Shown one piece after another: positions 47,344-59,250 of a stretch of 64,000 nt of DNA. The stretch is from an uncultured Alistipes sp. (GTDB lineage: Bacteria > Bacteroidota > Bacteroidia > Bacteroidales > Rikenellaceae), in the NCBI GenBank assembly GCA_959604655.1, contig CAUHCL010000001.1, positions 954-64,953 of the forward strand. The letters run 5' to 3'. A program made the translations under genes and the position numbers. Position 1 is the first letter of the stretch; each line of letters starts with the position of its first letter. The notes under the pieces were generated by a model. That model ran no database searches and had not been told where the DNA came from. It saw only the letters and a program-made list of their open reading frames with translations.

Positions 47344-49023
47344 ATGAACGAAAAGACAAAGAAATACAATCCCCTGCGACTTGCCGTGGCATTCGTGGCA
47401 TCGCTCATGCTGCCCGTGGCGATTCTTACCTGGACGGAGCGGAATCCGTTCGCGACGGCCGTCGCGTGCATCCTCATTCCGCTCGGCGCCTACACCGTAT
47501 TCGCCGCTCTCGCGCGACGGTCGGGCCGCATGGTGTGGTGGGGTTTCATATTCATATTTTTCAGCGCGTTCCAGATCGTGCTGTCGTATCTGTTCGGCAA
47601 TTCGGTCATAGCTACCGACATGTTCCTGAACCTGATGACCACCAACCCGGGCGAGGCGACGGAGTTGCTCAGCAACATATACCCTTCGGTGATCGCCGTA
47701 TGCGTGGTGTACATTCCGCTGCTGTGGACGGCTGCGGTGCACATAAATAAAAAGGTAGAACTGCCGTCGTCGGTCCGCAGGACGATGTTCGCATGGGGCG
47801 GGACGACTTTTCTGGCGGGATGCGCGGTGTTGATCTTCGGATGCCGCGGCGAGGTGCGGCGCGTATTGCGCGACGAGCTGTTTCCAGTCAACGTGAGCTA
47901 CAATCTGGGGCTCGGCATATCGGAGGCGCGCAAAATCGGGAATTTCGAACGTACCTCGGCCGATTTTTCATACGCCGCCAGTCGCGATACCCTGCCCGAC
48001 TGCCGCGAGATATACGTATTGATAATAGGCGAGGCGTCGCGCGCGGCCGACTGGCAGCTGTACGGGTATGAGCGTCCGACGAATCCCGAGCTGTCGAAAC
48101 GCAATGACATCACTGTGTTTAGAAACGTGATAACGCAGAGCAACACCACCCACAAGAGCGTGCCGATGATCCTCTCGTCGATCCACACCTCGCAGCACGA
48201 CGAGCTGTACCGCCGCAAGGGCATTCCCGCACTCTTCAACGAAGCGGGATTCACCACCTATTTCATATCGAACCAGTCGCCGCAGGGCGCCATGATCGAC
48301 CGACTCGCGGGCGATGCCGACCACGTGGCGTACATGGCGGCGCCGCGGTACGACATGCAGATGGTGGACGCCATGCGCGAGGCGATAGCGAACGATCATT
48401 CGCAGCGCATACTCTTCATACTGCACGCCTACGGGTCGCACTTCAGCTACCACCAGCGCTATCCGCGCGAATATGCCGTGTTCACACCCGACGACGATGT
48501 GGCGATAAGCGCCAAGAACCACGACAAGATACTCAATGCCTACGACAATTCGATAGTCTACACCGACCGTGTGATATCGGAGGCGATACGCACGCTCGAA
48601 GAGGTGCGCGCCTCGACGGCGCTGCTGTATTGCGCCGACCACGGCGAGGATCTGCTCGACAAGTGCGATTCGCGCTTCCTGCACGCCTCGCCCACCGTCA
48701 CCTACTACCAGCTGCACGTGGCTTCGCTGGCCTGGTTCTCGCCCGAATACCGCGCTCTGTTCCCATCAAAGGTCGAGGCGGCGCGACGCAATCTGTCGGC
48801 TCCCGCTTCTACGCACTGCGTATTCCACACGATGGCCGACATGGCTTCGATACGCTCGAAGTATGCGGACGAGTCGGTGTCGCTATTCAGCTCGGAGTTC
48901 GATGCCGAGGCGCCGCGTTTCTATCTCGACGACCACAACAACGCCGTGCCGCTGGACGAGAACATAGGCATCGACGCCATGCAGCGCGATCTGTTCGCCC
49001 GCCACGGAATAACGCGGCCGTAG
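47344..49023 (+). CDS. Phosphoethanolamine transferase (EptA family)
   Basis: N-terminal TM helices, IGEASR, SNTTHKS (catalytic Thr), GSH, YDNSI, ADHGE. Confidence 0.87.
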   Translation: MNEKTKKYNPLRLAVAFVASLMLPVAILTWTERNPFATAVACILIPLGAYTVFAALARRSGRMVWWGFIFIFFSAFQIVLSYLFGNSVIATDMFLNLMTTNPGEATELLSNIYPSVIAVCVVYIPLLWTAAVHINKKVELPSSVRRTMFAWGGTTFLAGCAVLIFGCRGEVRRVLRDELFPVNVSYNLGLGISEARKIGNFERTSADFSYAASRDTLPDCREIYVLIIGEASRAADWQLYGYERPTNPELSKRNDITVFRNVITQSNTTHKSVPMILSSIHTSQHDELYRRKGIPALFNEAGFTTYFISNQSPQGAMIDRLAGDADHVAYMAAPRYDMQMVDAMREAIANDHSQRILFILHAYGSHFSYHQRYPREYAVFTPDDDVAISAKNHDKILNAYDNSIVYTDRVISEAIRTLEEVRASTALLYCADHGEDLLDKCDSRFLHASPTVTYYQLHVASLAWFSPEYRALFPSKVEAARRNLSAPASTHCVFHTMADMASIRSKYADESVSLFSSEFDAEAPRFYLDDHNNAVPLDENIGIDAMQRDLFARHGITRP

Positions 49024-49039
49024 TGTATACTTCAACCAT

Positions 49040-49127
49040 GCGGCTCTTCGGAGCCGCGCGAGCCGTAGCCTCGCCCCGCGGAGGCTCGCTGTTCGCTTGC
49101 TCCGCAGGCTACGACTCGCGATTACAA
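49040..49127. repeat. Family B structured intergenic repeat (88 bp)
   Basis: Near-identical to 29576-29663. Confidence 0.88.
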
Positions 49128-49217
49128 ATTGCAATCGCCATATAATAATTGACAAATAAAAAAGGCTGTCCCCGAAAATCGGCGGACGGCCTTTGTCTTG
49201 TAAAACGATTCGGATGA

Positions 49218-49394
49218 CTATTTCTTAGCCTCTTCTACCGAAACCTTACGGAACTCCTTGAGAAGTTTAGTAAGCTCCAGAGCTGCTTTACGTGCGCGGG
49301 TACCTGCTGCCTTGTTGTTTTTCTCGACCTGAGCCGAAGCGTTGGCTGAGAATACTTCGATCTGAGCGTTGATCTGCTCTACCAAATTCTTCAT
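49218..49394 (-). CDS. Histone H1-like (Hc1 family) small basic protein, 58 aa, not in the ORF track
   Basis: Manual translation MKNLVEQINAQIEVFSANASAQVEKNNKAAGTRARKAALELTKLLKEFRKVSVEEAKK; NKAAGTRARK signature. Confidence 0.88.
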   Translation of the reverse strand: MKNLVEQINAQIEVFSANASAQVEKNNKAAGTRARKAALELTKLLKEFRKVSVEEAKK

Positions 49395-49674
49395 AATAAA
49401 TAGCGGTTTATTGGTTTGTTAATCTTCGCAAATATACAAAAATTTCTAAATACCAACTAATTTCTCGGGAAAAACACGATTAAGCCGTTATTATATCGGC
49501 ATATAGTCCCGCGTATGCGACGAAGCGAATCGCGGGCGGCATGTTTTTTGTCCGATCGGATTATGGATCAAATATTGTCTCTATGCGAAAAACGCGGCCC
49601 TGCCCCGCACGGTCGGGCGCAGGGAGCGTGCGGAGACGCGAAAATCGTTATATTTGCAGCAGGAAATCGATATC

Positions 49675-49842
49675 ATGAACTGGCAGAACATCATAGTGTA
49701 CGTGATCGGTGCGGCCGTGTTCGCGTGGCTCGTGAGGGCCGCGGTCCGCAGCGTCAGGACCCGTAAGTATACCAAGTGCGACGCATGCGGCGATGCCGTA
49801 TGCCCCTATCGCGTGCGAAAAAAAGAGGGAGACCGCCGCTAA
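49675..49842 (+). CDS. Small Cys-rich membrane protein (FeoB-associated type)
   Basis: One TM helix then CDAC..CP; TATATTTG box at 49649-49656. Confidence 0.65.
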   Translation: MNWQNIIVYVIGAAVFAWLVRAAVRSVRTRKYTKCDACGDAVCPYRVRKKEGDRR

Positions 49843-49876
49843 GCGATCTCCCTAATTCTTTCCAAAACGCCTGCCG

Positions 49877-51544
49877 CTACAATACCGTCAGGATCAACAG
49901 CTGCGCCGTGAGCACTCGCAGGAACATCACCACGGGATAGACCGTGGCATATCCTACTGCCGGCATGTCGTTGCCCGCCGTCGAGTTGGCGTAGCCCAAT
50001 GCGGGAGGATCGGTCGTGCTGCCCGCTATGAGTCCCATGAGCGTGTAGTAGTTCATCTTCAGTTTCAGACGGGCGAAGAGTCCCACTATCAGGATAGGCA
50101 CCACCGTTATTATTACGCCGTAGCCTACCCAGCGGTATCCGCCGTTTATTATGGCTTCGACGAAGCCGTCGCCCGCGCCTATGCCCACTCCCGCGAGGAA
50201 CATGGCCAGACCCACTTCGCGCAACATGAGGTTGGCGCTCATGGTGGTGTAGGTCACCAGATGGAAGTGCGGACCGAAACGGCCTACCAGTATGGCTATG
50301 ATGAGCGGGCCGCCTGCCAGACCGAGTTTCACGGGCTGCGGGATGTTCATGAGCGGAATGGAGCCGAGAAGCACACCCAACGCGATTCCGAAGAATATGG
50401 TGAGCAGCTGCGGCTGGCGCAGCTTTTTCAGCGAGTTGCCGAGCACGTTGGCCACCTGCTCGATGGCGTGCTCGTTGCCAACCACCATCACGCGGTCGCC
50501 CATCTGCAACTCCATGCCCTGGTAAGGAATAAGGTCGATGCCCGCGCGGTTGATACGGGTGATGTTGATGCCGTATTTGGTGCGCAGGTGCAGATCCGAG
50601 AGGCGCTTGCCGTTGATCGAGGGCTTGGTGATGATTATGCGTCGCGATACGAGCTGGTTCTGCGGCGTCTGTCCCTGACCCCAGTCCTCCATGCTCATTT
50701 CGATCTGCTGTCCGAAGAATGCCACCACGGCCTCGCTGTCGTCGGCCGAGCATATCACGCGCAGACGGTCGCCCGTCTTGAGCACGCTGTCGCCGTCGGC
50801 TATGACGATCGTCCCGTCCTCGTGCATGATGCGCGAAATGACGAACGAGCGGTTTATCAACTCGCGCAGGTGGGCTATGTTCTGTCCCTCCAGCGCCCCG
50901 TTGGTGAATACCACCGACAGCTTGTCGGCATTGGTGCGCTCGCTGCTGATGGCCTCCAGAGCCTTGTTTTCCTCGGTGAAGTCGACGCGGGTGACGAAAC
51001 GTATTATGATGAGCGACATGATGATGCCGACCACGCCCAGCGGATAGGCCACCGCATAGCCCAGGGCGATGGTGGGATCGTTGATGCCCGAGGCGTCGGC
51101 ATATGCCTGCTGCGCCGCACCGAGTCCCGGGGTATTGGTCACCGCACCCGACATCACACCTACCATAGTGGGCATGGGAGTGCCCGTCGCAATGTGGATG
51201 ATGTAGGTGGTGAGGGCACCGAGGGCGACTATGGCCGCCGCGCAGCTCACTAATTTGATTCCGCCCTCCTTGAACGACGAAAAGAATCCCGGGCCTACCT
51301 GCAAGCCGATGGAGAACACGAACAGAATGAGTCCGAACTCTTTGATGAAATGCAATGTGTTGTGATCCACGGTCATGCCGAAATGACCCGCCGCGATGCC
51401 TACGAACAGAATCCATGTGACTCCGAACGATATGCCGCAGATCTTGATCTTTCCCAGCATGATACCCACGGTAATCACCAGCGAAAGCACCAGAACGGTA
51501 TGCGCGATGCCTTCGCCCATGAAAAGAGAGTATAACCAGTCCAT
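49877..51544 (-). CDS. AspT/YidE family putative transporter with TrkA-C domains
   Basis: GLQVGPGFF, GAVTNTPGLGAA, YAVAYP, GSTTDPPAL, YATVYP. Confidence 0.9.
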   Translation of the reverse strand: MDWLYSLFMGEGIAHTVLVLSLVITVGIMLGKIKICGISFGVTWILFVGIAAGHFGMTVDHNTLHFIKEFGLILFVFSIGLQVGPGFFSSFKEGGIKLVSCAAAIVALGALTTYIIHIATGTPMPTMVGVMSGAVTNTPGLGAAQQAYADASGINDPTIALGYAVAYPLGVVGIIMSLIIIRFVTRVDFTEENKALEAISSERTNADKLSVVFTNGALEGQNIAHLRELINRSFVISRIMHEDGTIVIADGDSVLKTGDRLRVICSADDSEAVVAFFGQQIEMSMEDWGQGQTPQNQLVSRRIIITKPSINGKRLSDLHLRTKYGINITRINRAGIDLIPYQGMELQMGDRVMVVGNEHAIEQVANVLGNSLKKLRQPQLLTIFFGIALGVLLGSIPLMNIPQPVKLGLAGGPLIIAILVGRFGPHFHLVTYTTMSANLMLREVGLAMFLAGVGIGAGDGFVEAIINGGYRWVGYGVIITVVPILIVGLFARLKLKMNYYTLMGLIAGSTTDPPALGYANSTAGNDMPAVGYATVYPVVMFLRVLTAQLLILTVL

Positions 51545-51752
51545 ATTTCGAGTGTAAAAAATTAACCTGTCCTAACGAGGCGCAAAGATAGCATTAATTA
51601 AATAATTTTAAGAATAAAAGGCGGTAAAATCGCCCGAAAGGTGTTTTTATCGGTCGGAAATACGGAAAGTCAGTCGGCTGTCCGCCTGCGGGCGAATGCA
51701 AGTTGCGGGCCTCGCAGGCGAAGCTGCGGTCGGCATGAGTCGTGCGGGCCGA

Positions 51753-52448
51753 TCAATACAAAAACCGTTCGACCAGCGGGGCCAGCAATGCCGTGGCAAC
51801 GCCCATGAGGGCCATGGCCAGACCGCTCAAGGCTCCCTCCACGGCACCTTCCTCGATCGACCGTGCGGTGCCTATGCCGTGTGCGGCCGAACCCATGGCG
51901 AGTCCGCGCGCCATCGGGTCGTCGATCTTGAGCACGCGCATGAACGCGAATCCCACGAGCGCGCCGAAGATACCCACCACGAATACCACGACTGAAGTTA
52001 TCGACATGTCGCCGCCGATGTTCTCGGATATCGTCACCGCTATGGGCACCGTGACCGATTTCATGGCGATGGAGTTCTGTATCAGACGCGTGGCGCCCAT
52101 CCATTTGGCTATGTATACCACGCTCAATATGCCGACCAGACAACCGAGCGTTATCGAAGTGAGGATCGACAGCACCTGCCCTTTCATGCGCTCCTCCTGC
52201 TCGTAAAGCAGATAACCCAGCGCCACGACCGACATTCCGAGTCCGAAATCGAGCAGGCGGGTCGCCTCGCGGTATTTCTCGTAAGGTATGTCGAACAGAC
52301 GCAGTAGTCCTATCATGGCGATGAAGGTGATCACGACGGGGTGACACAACGATGATCCCGTGCGGCGATAAAGGGCCATGCCGCCGCAATAGAGGGCTGC
52401 GGTGACGGCCAGCAGAAATATCTGCGATTCCAAAAACTCCTGAATCAT
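51753..52448 (-). CDS. LrgB family protein
   Basis: VVALGYLLY, KSVTVPIA, GSAAHGIGT. Confidence 0.92.
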   Translation of the reverse strand: MIQEFLESQIFLLAVTAALYCGGMALYRRTGSSLCHPVVITFIAMIGLLRLFDIPYEKYREATRLLDFGLGMSVVALGYLLYEQEERMKGQVLSILTSITLGCLVGILSVVYIAKWMGATRLIQNSIAMKSVTVPIAVTISENIGGDMSITSVVVFVVGIFGALVGFAFMRVLKIDDPMARGLAMGSAAHGIGTARSIEEGAVEGALSGLAMALMGVATALLAPLVERFLY

Positions 52449-52780
52449 ACCCGTTTGTTCATCTTTTGGTAAACCAATCCTATAACTGCCAGCACCAGCA
52501 CCGTGCTCACTGCACCCGCGACGACTATGGCGGCCAGATTGTCGGCTATGGTGCGGTACGACTCCATGAGTCCCACGCCGAACGGCACGAAGAACAGAGC
52601 CATCGTACCGAGCAGAAACTTGGCTGCGGGGGCGACATTCGCGGCCTTGACAACCCGAAAATGCAGCGCCGCATAAAGGAGCACCATGCCGATGATGTTG
52701 CCCGATACGTAACCTCCGATAAGCATGCTGAGCAGATTGCCGATGCTCCAGCAGGCCAGAATCGCAAAAATACCTGTCAT
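52445..52780 (-). CDS. CidA/LrgA family protein
   Basis: SGNIIGMVLL, MALFFVPFGVG; overlaps the lrgB start. Confidence 0.88.
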   Translation of the reverse strand: MTGIFAILACWSIGNLLSMLIGGYVSGNIIGMVLLYAALHFRVVKAANVAPAAKFLLGTMALFFVPFGVGLMESYRTIADNLAAIVVAGAVSTVLVLAVIGLVYQKMNKRV

Positions 52781-52991
52781 ATCAAACCTTTCTTTCCTAA
52801 CACGGCGCAAATGTAGCGACAAATCGTCGTAATTGTAATCGCCGTCGGCGCTTTTTACGGCACGATTCGCCTGCCGAAACGGCGGCGCGTTTTTTTTATT
52901 CGTCCGAACGAGGTATATTTGCCATGCGAAAAGCGGCGGCTTGCGCCTTTTCGGAACGACCGAAAGAGCCTCGGCGCCGCATCGCCCGACC

Positions 52992-53645
52992 ATGAAAGAA
53001 TCGAAACCGCATATTGTAAAACGTTACGTCGTCGCCACGGCGGGACTGTTCCTCGTGGCGCTCGGGGTGGCGCTGTCGACCCGTTCCGATCTCGGGACCT
53101 CGCCCATATCGTGTCCGCCCTATGTCCTGAGTCTGTTCGGCGGGCTCAGCATGGGACAGTACACAGTGTTGATGCACTTCGTGTTCATATCGCTGCAAAT
53201 CGCCCTGTTGCGTCGGCGGTTCCGCGCCGAGCTTCTGTTGCAGCTCGTCCCGACATTCATATTCGGCTTTTTCACCGACTTGGCTATGAATGCGACGGCG
53301 GGATTGCAGGGCGAGACGTATGCGGCCCGTGCGGCGCTTCTGCTGTCGGGGTGCGTCGTCATAGCGGCGGGAATATCGGTGCAGGTCAATGCCTCGGCGT
53401 GGATGCTGGCGGGCGAGCAGACCGTGGCGGTCATATCGGAGGTGAGCGGCGCGGCGTTCGGCCGCGTGAAGGTCTTCTTCGACTCGTCGCTGGTCGTGAT
53501 AGGAGTCGTGCTGTCGTTCTGTCTGCTGCACGGCCTGGAGGGAATACGCGAGGGAACGATCGTGTCGGCACTGTCGGTCGGTGCGATAGTACGTCGTTTG
53601 CAGGGGCCCGTCGGGTCGCTGCTCGTGCGCCTGAAAATGTTGTGA
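52992..53645 (+). CDS. YczE/YyaS family membrane protein
   Basis: LGTSPIS..PY, VKVFFD, GIREGT. Confidence 0.8.
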   Translation: MKESKPHIVKRYVVATAGLFLVALGVALSTRSDLGTSPISCPPYVLSLFGGLSMGQYTVLMHFVFISLQIALLRRRFRAELLLQLVPTFIFGFFTDLAMNATAGLQGETYAARAALLLSGCVVIAAGISVQVNASAWMLAGEQTVAVISEVSGAAFGRVKVFFDSSLVVIGVVLSFCLLHGLEGIREGTIVSALSVGAIVRRLQGPVGSLLVRLKML

Positions 53646-53669
53646 AACTAACTGTAAAACCTGAAATAA

Positions 53670-54761
53670 ATGACAAAACGTGTAGCTTTTCTCGATTACG
53701 TCCGCGTGTTCGCGTGCTTCCTCGTGATGCTCGTGCATGCGAGCGAGAATTTTTACGGTGCCGAGGGCTCGACCGACATGGCGGGACCGCAGTCCTATCT
53801 GGCCAACGAGAGCGACCGACTGTGGGTGTCGCTCTACGACGGATTTTCGCGTATGTCGGTGCCTTTGTTCATGATCGTGTCGGCATTCCTGTTAGTGCCG
53901 ATGAAGAGGGAGCAGACCTCGTGGCAGTTCTACGCCCGCCGATTCAAGCGCATACTGCCTCCGCTGGCATTCTTCATGATCCTTTACAGCACCCTGCCGC
54001 TGCTGTGGGGGCAGATCGATACGGCGACGTCGGCTCGGGATCTGTCGAGGTTCTTCCTTAATTTCCCCACCATGGCGGGCCACTTCTGGTTCATGTATCC
54101 CCTGATAGGTCTCTATCTGTTCATTCCCGTCATATCGCCGTGGCTCGAAAAGGCTACGGCGCGCGAGGAACGCTTCTTCATCGGGCTGTTCCTGCTCTCG
54201 ACCTGCATACCCTATCTCAACCGCTGGTGCGGCGAGGTGTGGGGGCAGTGCTTCTGGAACGAGTATCACATGCTGTGGAACTTCTCGGGCTACGTGGGCT
54301 ACATGGTGCTGGCGCACTACATACGCGTGCATCTCGACTGGAGCCGCGGGAAACGTCTGCTGATCGGCTCCCTGTCTTTGGCGGCGGGTGCGGCGGCCAC
54401 CATCGGATCGTTCTATGTCCAGGCCGTCCCGGGCAAGATACTCGAAACCCCCGTGCTGGAGGTGGGATGGGCGTTTTGCACGATCAACTGCGTGGCGCTC
54501 ACGTTCGGTGCGTTCCTGCTCTTCACCTGCATCTCGGCTGCCGAGGCTCCGCGCATGGTGACCGACATGTCGAAACTCAGCTACGGCATGTTCCTCATGC
54601 ACATATTCTGGCTCGGAATGTGGGTCGGCGTGTTCAAGAACACCTTGGCGCTGCCTACCGTGGCGGCCATACCGAGCATAGCCGTCGCCACCTTCGCGAG
54701 CTGCTACGTCACGACCAAACTGGTATCGTTCCTGCCCGGGAGCAAGTGGATCATCGGTTGA
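53670..54761 (+). CDS. Acyltransferase-3 family membrane protein
   Basis: LDYVRVFA..VMLVH, VPLFMIVS, RRFKRILPP, HFWFM, SYGMFLMH. Confidence 0.88.
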   Translation: MTKRVAFLDYVRVFACFLVMLVHASENFYGAEGSTDMAGPQSYLANESDRLWVSLYDGFSRMSVPLFMIVSAFLLVPMKREQTSWQFYARRFKRILPPLAFFMILYSTLPLLWGQIDTATSARDLSRFFLNFPTMAGHFWFMYPLIGLYLFIPVISPWLEKATAREERFFIGLFLLSTCIPYLNRWCGEVWGQCFWNEYHMLWNFSGYVGYMVLAHYIRVHLDWSRGKRLLIGSLSLAAGAAATIGSFYVQAVPGKILETPVLEVGWAFCTINCVALTFGAFLLFTCISAAEAPRMVTDMSKLSYGMFLMHIFWLGMWVGVFKNTLALPTVAAIPSIAVATFASCYVTTKLVSFLPGSKWIIG

Positions 54762-54833
54762 TCGGGCGAAAAGATTTTTCGGTCCGCACGTTCGGATTTG
54801 GCGATTTTTTCACTATTTTTGCAACGTCGGATC

Positions 54834-55233
54834 GGGGGCGACCGGTTTTGACAGCTTGCAGAGTTCGATCGTAAGCACGTCGAGCGTTGTGTGGTAGCTC
54901 GTAAATATCAACACTCGAACTACAAATGGCAATAACAGCTATGCACTCGCTGCCTAATTTTCAGGGAAAATTGGCTTAATCGTCGGGCCCGAGGAGGTTT
55001 GACGACGAGTATCCCGAACGGCTGCTCCGCCCTTTAGCGGCTCGTTCATACGGGGTATCATCAATTTAGGGATAGTACGGCATGTGTCTCGGTTGTCGTA
55101 TGAGATTCAAGGGACTGCGGCAAGGGTCAGGTCGTCTGCGGCCATCCCGCGCAAGAGGATCAATCGCAGAATAAACGTGTAGAAAGCCTTGGGGCTCCTT
55201 GTTTGGACGCGGGTTCGACTCCCGCCGCCTCCA
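54834..55233 (+). ncRNA. ssrA: tmRNA
   Basis: 5' GGGGGCGACCGGTTTTGAC, tag ORF GNNSYALAA* (54928-54957), T-arm GGTTCGACTCCC, acceptor CGCCTCCA with G3-U wobble; TATTTTTG box upstream; CCA not encoded. Confidence 0.96.
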
Positions 55234-55238
55234 CGAGG

Positions 55239-55275
55239 AAATGCGGTTCGGATTTGTTCGGACCGCATTTTTTTT
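55239..55275 (+). terminator. Intrinsic terminator after ssrA
   Basis: aaatgcggttcgga..ttcggaccgcattttttt. Confidence 0.8.
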
Positions 55276-55285
55276 GTGTGAGTAT

Positions 55286-55384
55286 TTCGATATCGCCGTG
55301 CGATATCGGCAGTTCGCCGCCGCCCCACGCGGCGGACTGCAACTCGCTCTGCGCTCGCATGCGTCCTCCGCCGTCGGCGAACAG
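55286..55384 (-). repeat. Family A dispersed palindromic repeat
   Basis: ttcgatatcgc-cgt-gcgatatcggcagttcgccgccgccccacgcggcggactgcaac...ccgccgtcggcgaacag (reverse orientation). Confidence 0.9.
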
Positions 55385-55541
55385 TATTCCGTATGCAACG
55401 TATGCAATATGATATTTGCCCGTCGGGAGTGAATTTTTCTTCCGATCCTATTGCCCGATTCGCGGAAAATGGTTATTTTTGTAAGTTAATGCAGCCGTCG
55501 CAGTGATGGCCTGCGTCGACCTAACGTAATACCGATAACGG

Positions 55542-56273
55542 ATGGACAGGACGAATAATGTTGTAGAGCTGCGCAATGTCGCCATTTACCACACCGACGG
55601 CGATTCGCGCCGCGTGAAGTCGGACGACGAGCTGGTGCTGTCGGACGTGAATCTGACCGTCGCCCCTGGCGAGCTGGTCTATTTCATAGGCCGCGTCGGC
55701 AGCGGAAAAAGCACCTTGCTCAAAACTTTATATGCCGAGGTGCAACTCCTTGAGGGCGAAGGCCGCGTTGCGGATATGGATCTGCGGCGGTTGAAGCGCG
55801 GCGACATCCCCCACCTGCGCCGCAGGATGGGCATCGTGTTTCAGGATTACCAGTTGCTGGACGACCGCAACGCCTTCTTCAATCTCTACGACGTGATGAA
55901 GGCCACGGGGTGGAAAAAGGAGTCCGACATCCGCCGCCGCATCGACGAGGTGTTGTCGGTGGCGGGGCTGAGCAACAAGGCCTACAAGATGCCGCACGAG
56001 CTGTCGGGCGGCGAGCAGCAGCGTCTGGTCATAGCCCGCGCCCTGCTCAATGCGCCGCGTCTGCTGCTGGCCGACGAGCCTACGGGAAATCTCGATCCCG
56101 TGACGGCCGACGGCATAATGCGTCTTTTCAGGGAGATCGCGGCATCGGGTTGCGCCATCATAATGTCGACGCACAACACGGCCCTTATCGAGCAGTTCCC
56201 CGCACGCACCATCCTCTTTTCGAAAGGCAAGATCACGGAGATCGACATCGAAAAGAGTTTTTCCGCGGAATAG
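55542..56273 (+). CDS. FtsE-like ABC ATP-binding protein
   Basis: GRVGSGKST, GIVFQDYQLL, LSGGEQQR, ADEPTGNLD. Confidence 0.85.
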   Translation: MDRTNNVVELRNVAIYHTDGDSRRVKSDDELVLSDVNLTVAPGELVYFIGRVGSGKSTLLKTLYAEVQLLEGEGRVADMDLRRLKRGDIPHLRRRMGIVFQDYQLLDDRNAFFNLYDVMKATGWKKESDIRRRIDEVLSVAGLSNKAYKMPHELSGGEQQRLVIARALLNAPRLLLADEPTGNLDPVTADGIMRLFREIAASGCAIIMSTHNTALIEQFPARTILFSKGKITEIDIEKSFSAE

Positions 56274-56342
56274 CGGCCGCAAGTGCGTGAATCGCATGTC
56301 GGCGATTTGCAGAAATCGATAAAAAACGCTATTTTTGCATGA

Positions 56343-58343
<2,001 letters not shown>

Positions 58344-58403
58344 AATTCAGTGGCGGGGATTGCTTTCATGGCAGTCCCCGCCGTTTTTATATGGCAAAGG
58401 CTT

Positions 58404-59024
58404 ATGAAAGTGACGGTAATAGGTGTTGCGGGAGGCTCGGGTTCGGGCAAGAGTACGCTGGTGAAACGGTTGCAGGAGGCGTTCGTTCACGACGACGTGG
58501 TGACGCTGTGCCACGATTATTACTACAAGGCGCATGCGGATCTCACGTACGAGGAACGCACGAAACTCAACTACGACCATCCGCAGGCGTTCGACACCGA
58601 CATGCTGGTGGATCACATAAAGACGCTCAAGGACAATGTTCCCGTTGCGCGCCCCGTCTATTCGTTCGTCGACCATAACCGCACCGCCGAGACGGTGACC
58701 GTGAAGCCGTCGAAGGTGATAATAGTCGACGGAATACTGATATTCGAAAACAGGGAGTTGCGCGACTTGATGGACATAAAGGTGTTCGTCGATACCGATG
58801 CCGATATTCGTCTCGCGCGCCGCATACTGCGCGACGTGTGCGATCGCGGCCGTAGCATGCAGTCGGTGATCGACCAATACATCGGTACGGTGAAGCCCAT
58901 GCACGACGAGTTCGTGGAGCCGTCAAAGAAATATGCCGACGTAATCATCCCCGAAGGCGGATTCAACTCGGTGGCCGTCGGCATGTTGATACAGAACATA
59001 CGTTCGCTGATAGACGAGAAGTAA
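58404..59024 (+). CDS. udk: Uridine kinase
   Basis: GGSGSGKST, NYDHP, RRILRD, VEPSKKYAD. Confidence 0.95.
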   Translation: MKVTVIGVAGGSGSGKSTLVKRLQEAFVHDDVVTLCHDYYYKAHADLTYEERTKLNYDHPQAFDTDMLVDHIKTLKDNVPVARPVYSFVDHNRTAETVTVKPSKVIIVDGILIFENRELRDLMDIKVFVDTDADIRLARRILRDVCDRGRSMQSVIDQYIGTVKPMHDEFVEPSKKYADVIIPEGGFNSVAVGMLIQNIRSLIDEK

Positions 59025-59152
59025 ATCCCAGCGGCGTTTCCCCCTAAAACGATCCCCGCCGATGGCAGAACGTCGGCGGGGATTTATTTGTTTTTATCTG
59101 CTGTTCGCCGACGGCGCGGGCGTAACGCCCGTTTTATGACGAGACCGTTTCG

Positions 59153-59247
59153 GTTCGCCGACGGCGGAGGACAAAACGAACTTCGGTGAGTTGCAGTCCG
59201 CCGCGTGGGGCGGCGGCGAACTGCCGACCTCGCGCCGCGAGGTCGAA
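59153..59247 (+). repeat. Family A dispersed palindromic repeat (extra 5' end copy at 59101-59116)
   Basis: gttcgccgacggcggagg...gcagtccgccgcgtggggcggcggcgaactgccgacctcgc-gcc-gcgaggtcgaa. Confidence 0.9.
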
Positions 59248-59250
59248 TAC

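Noticed and set aside
55233..55541. Prophage or island integrated at the ssrA 3' end
   Set aside because: No integrase and no duplicated ssrA end seen. A terminator, a family A repeat and housekeeping genes follow.
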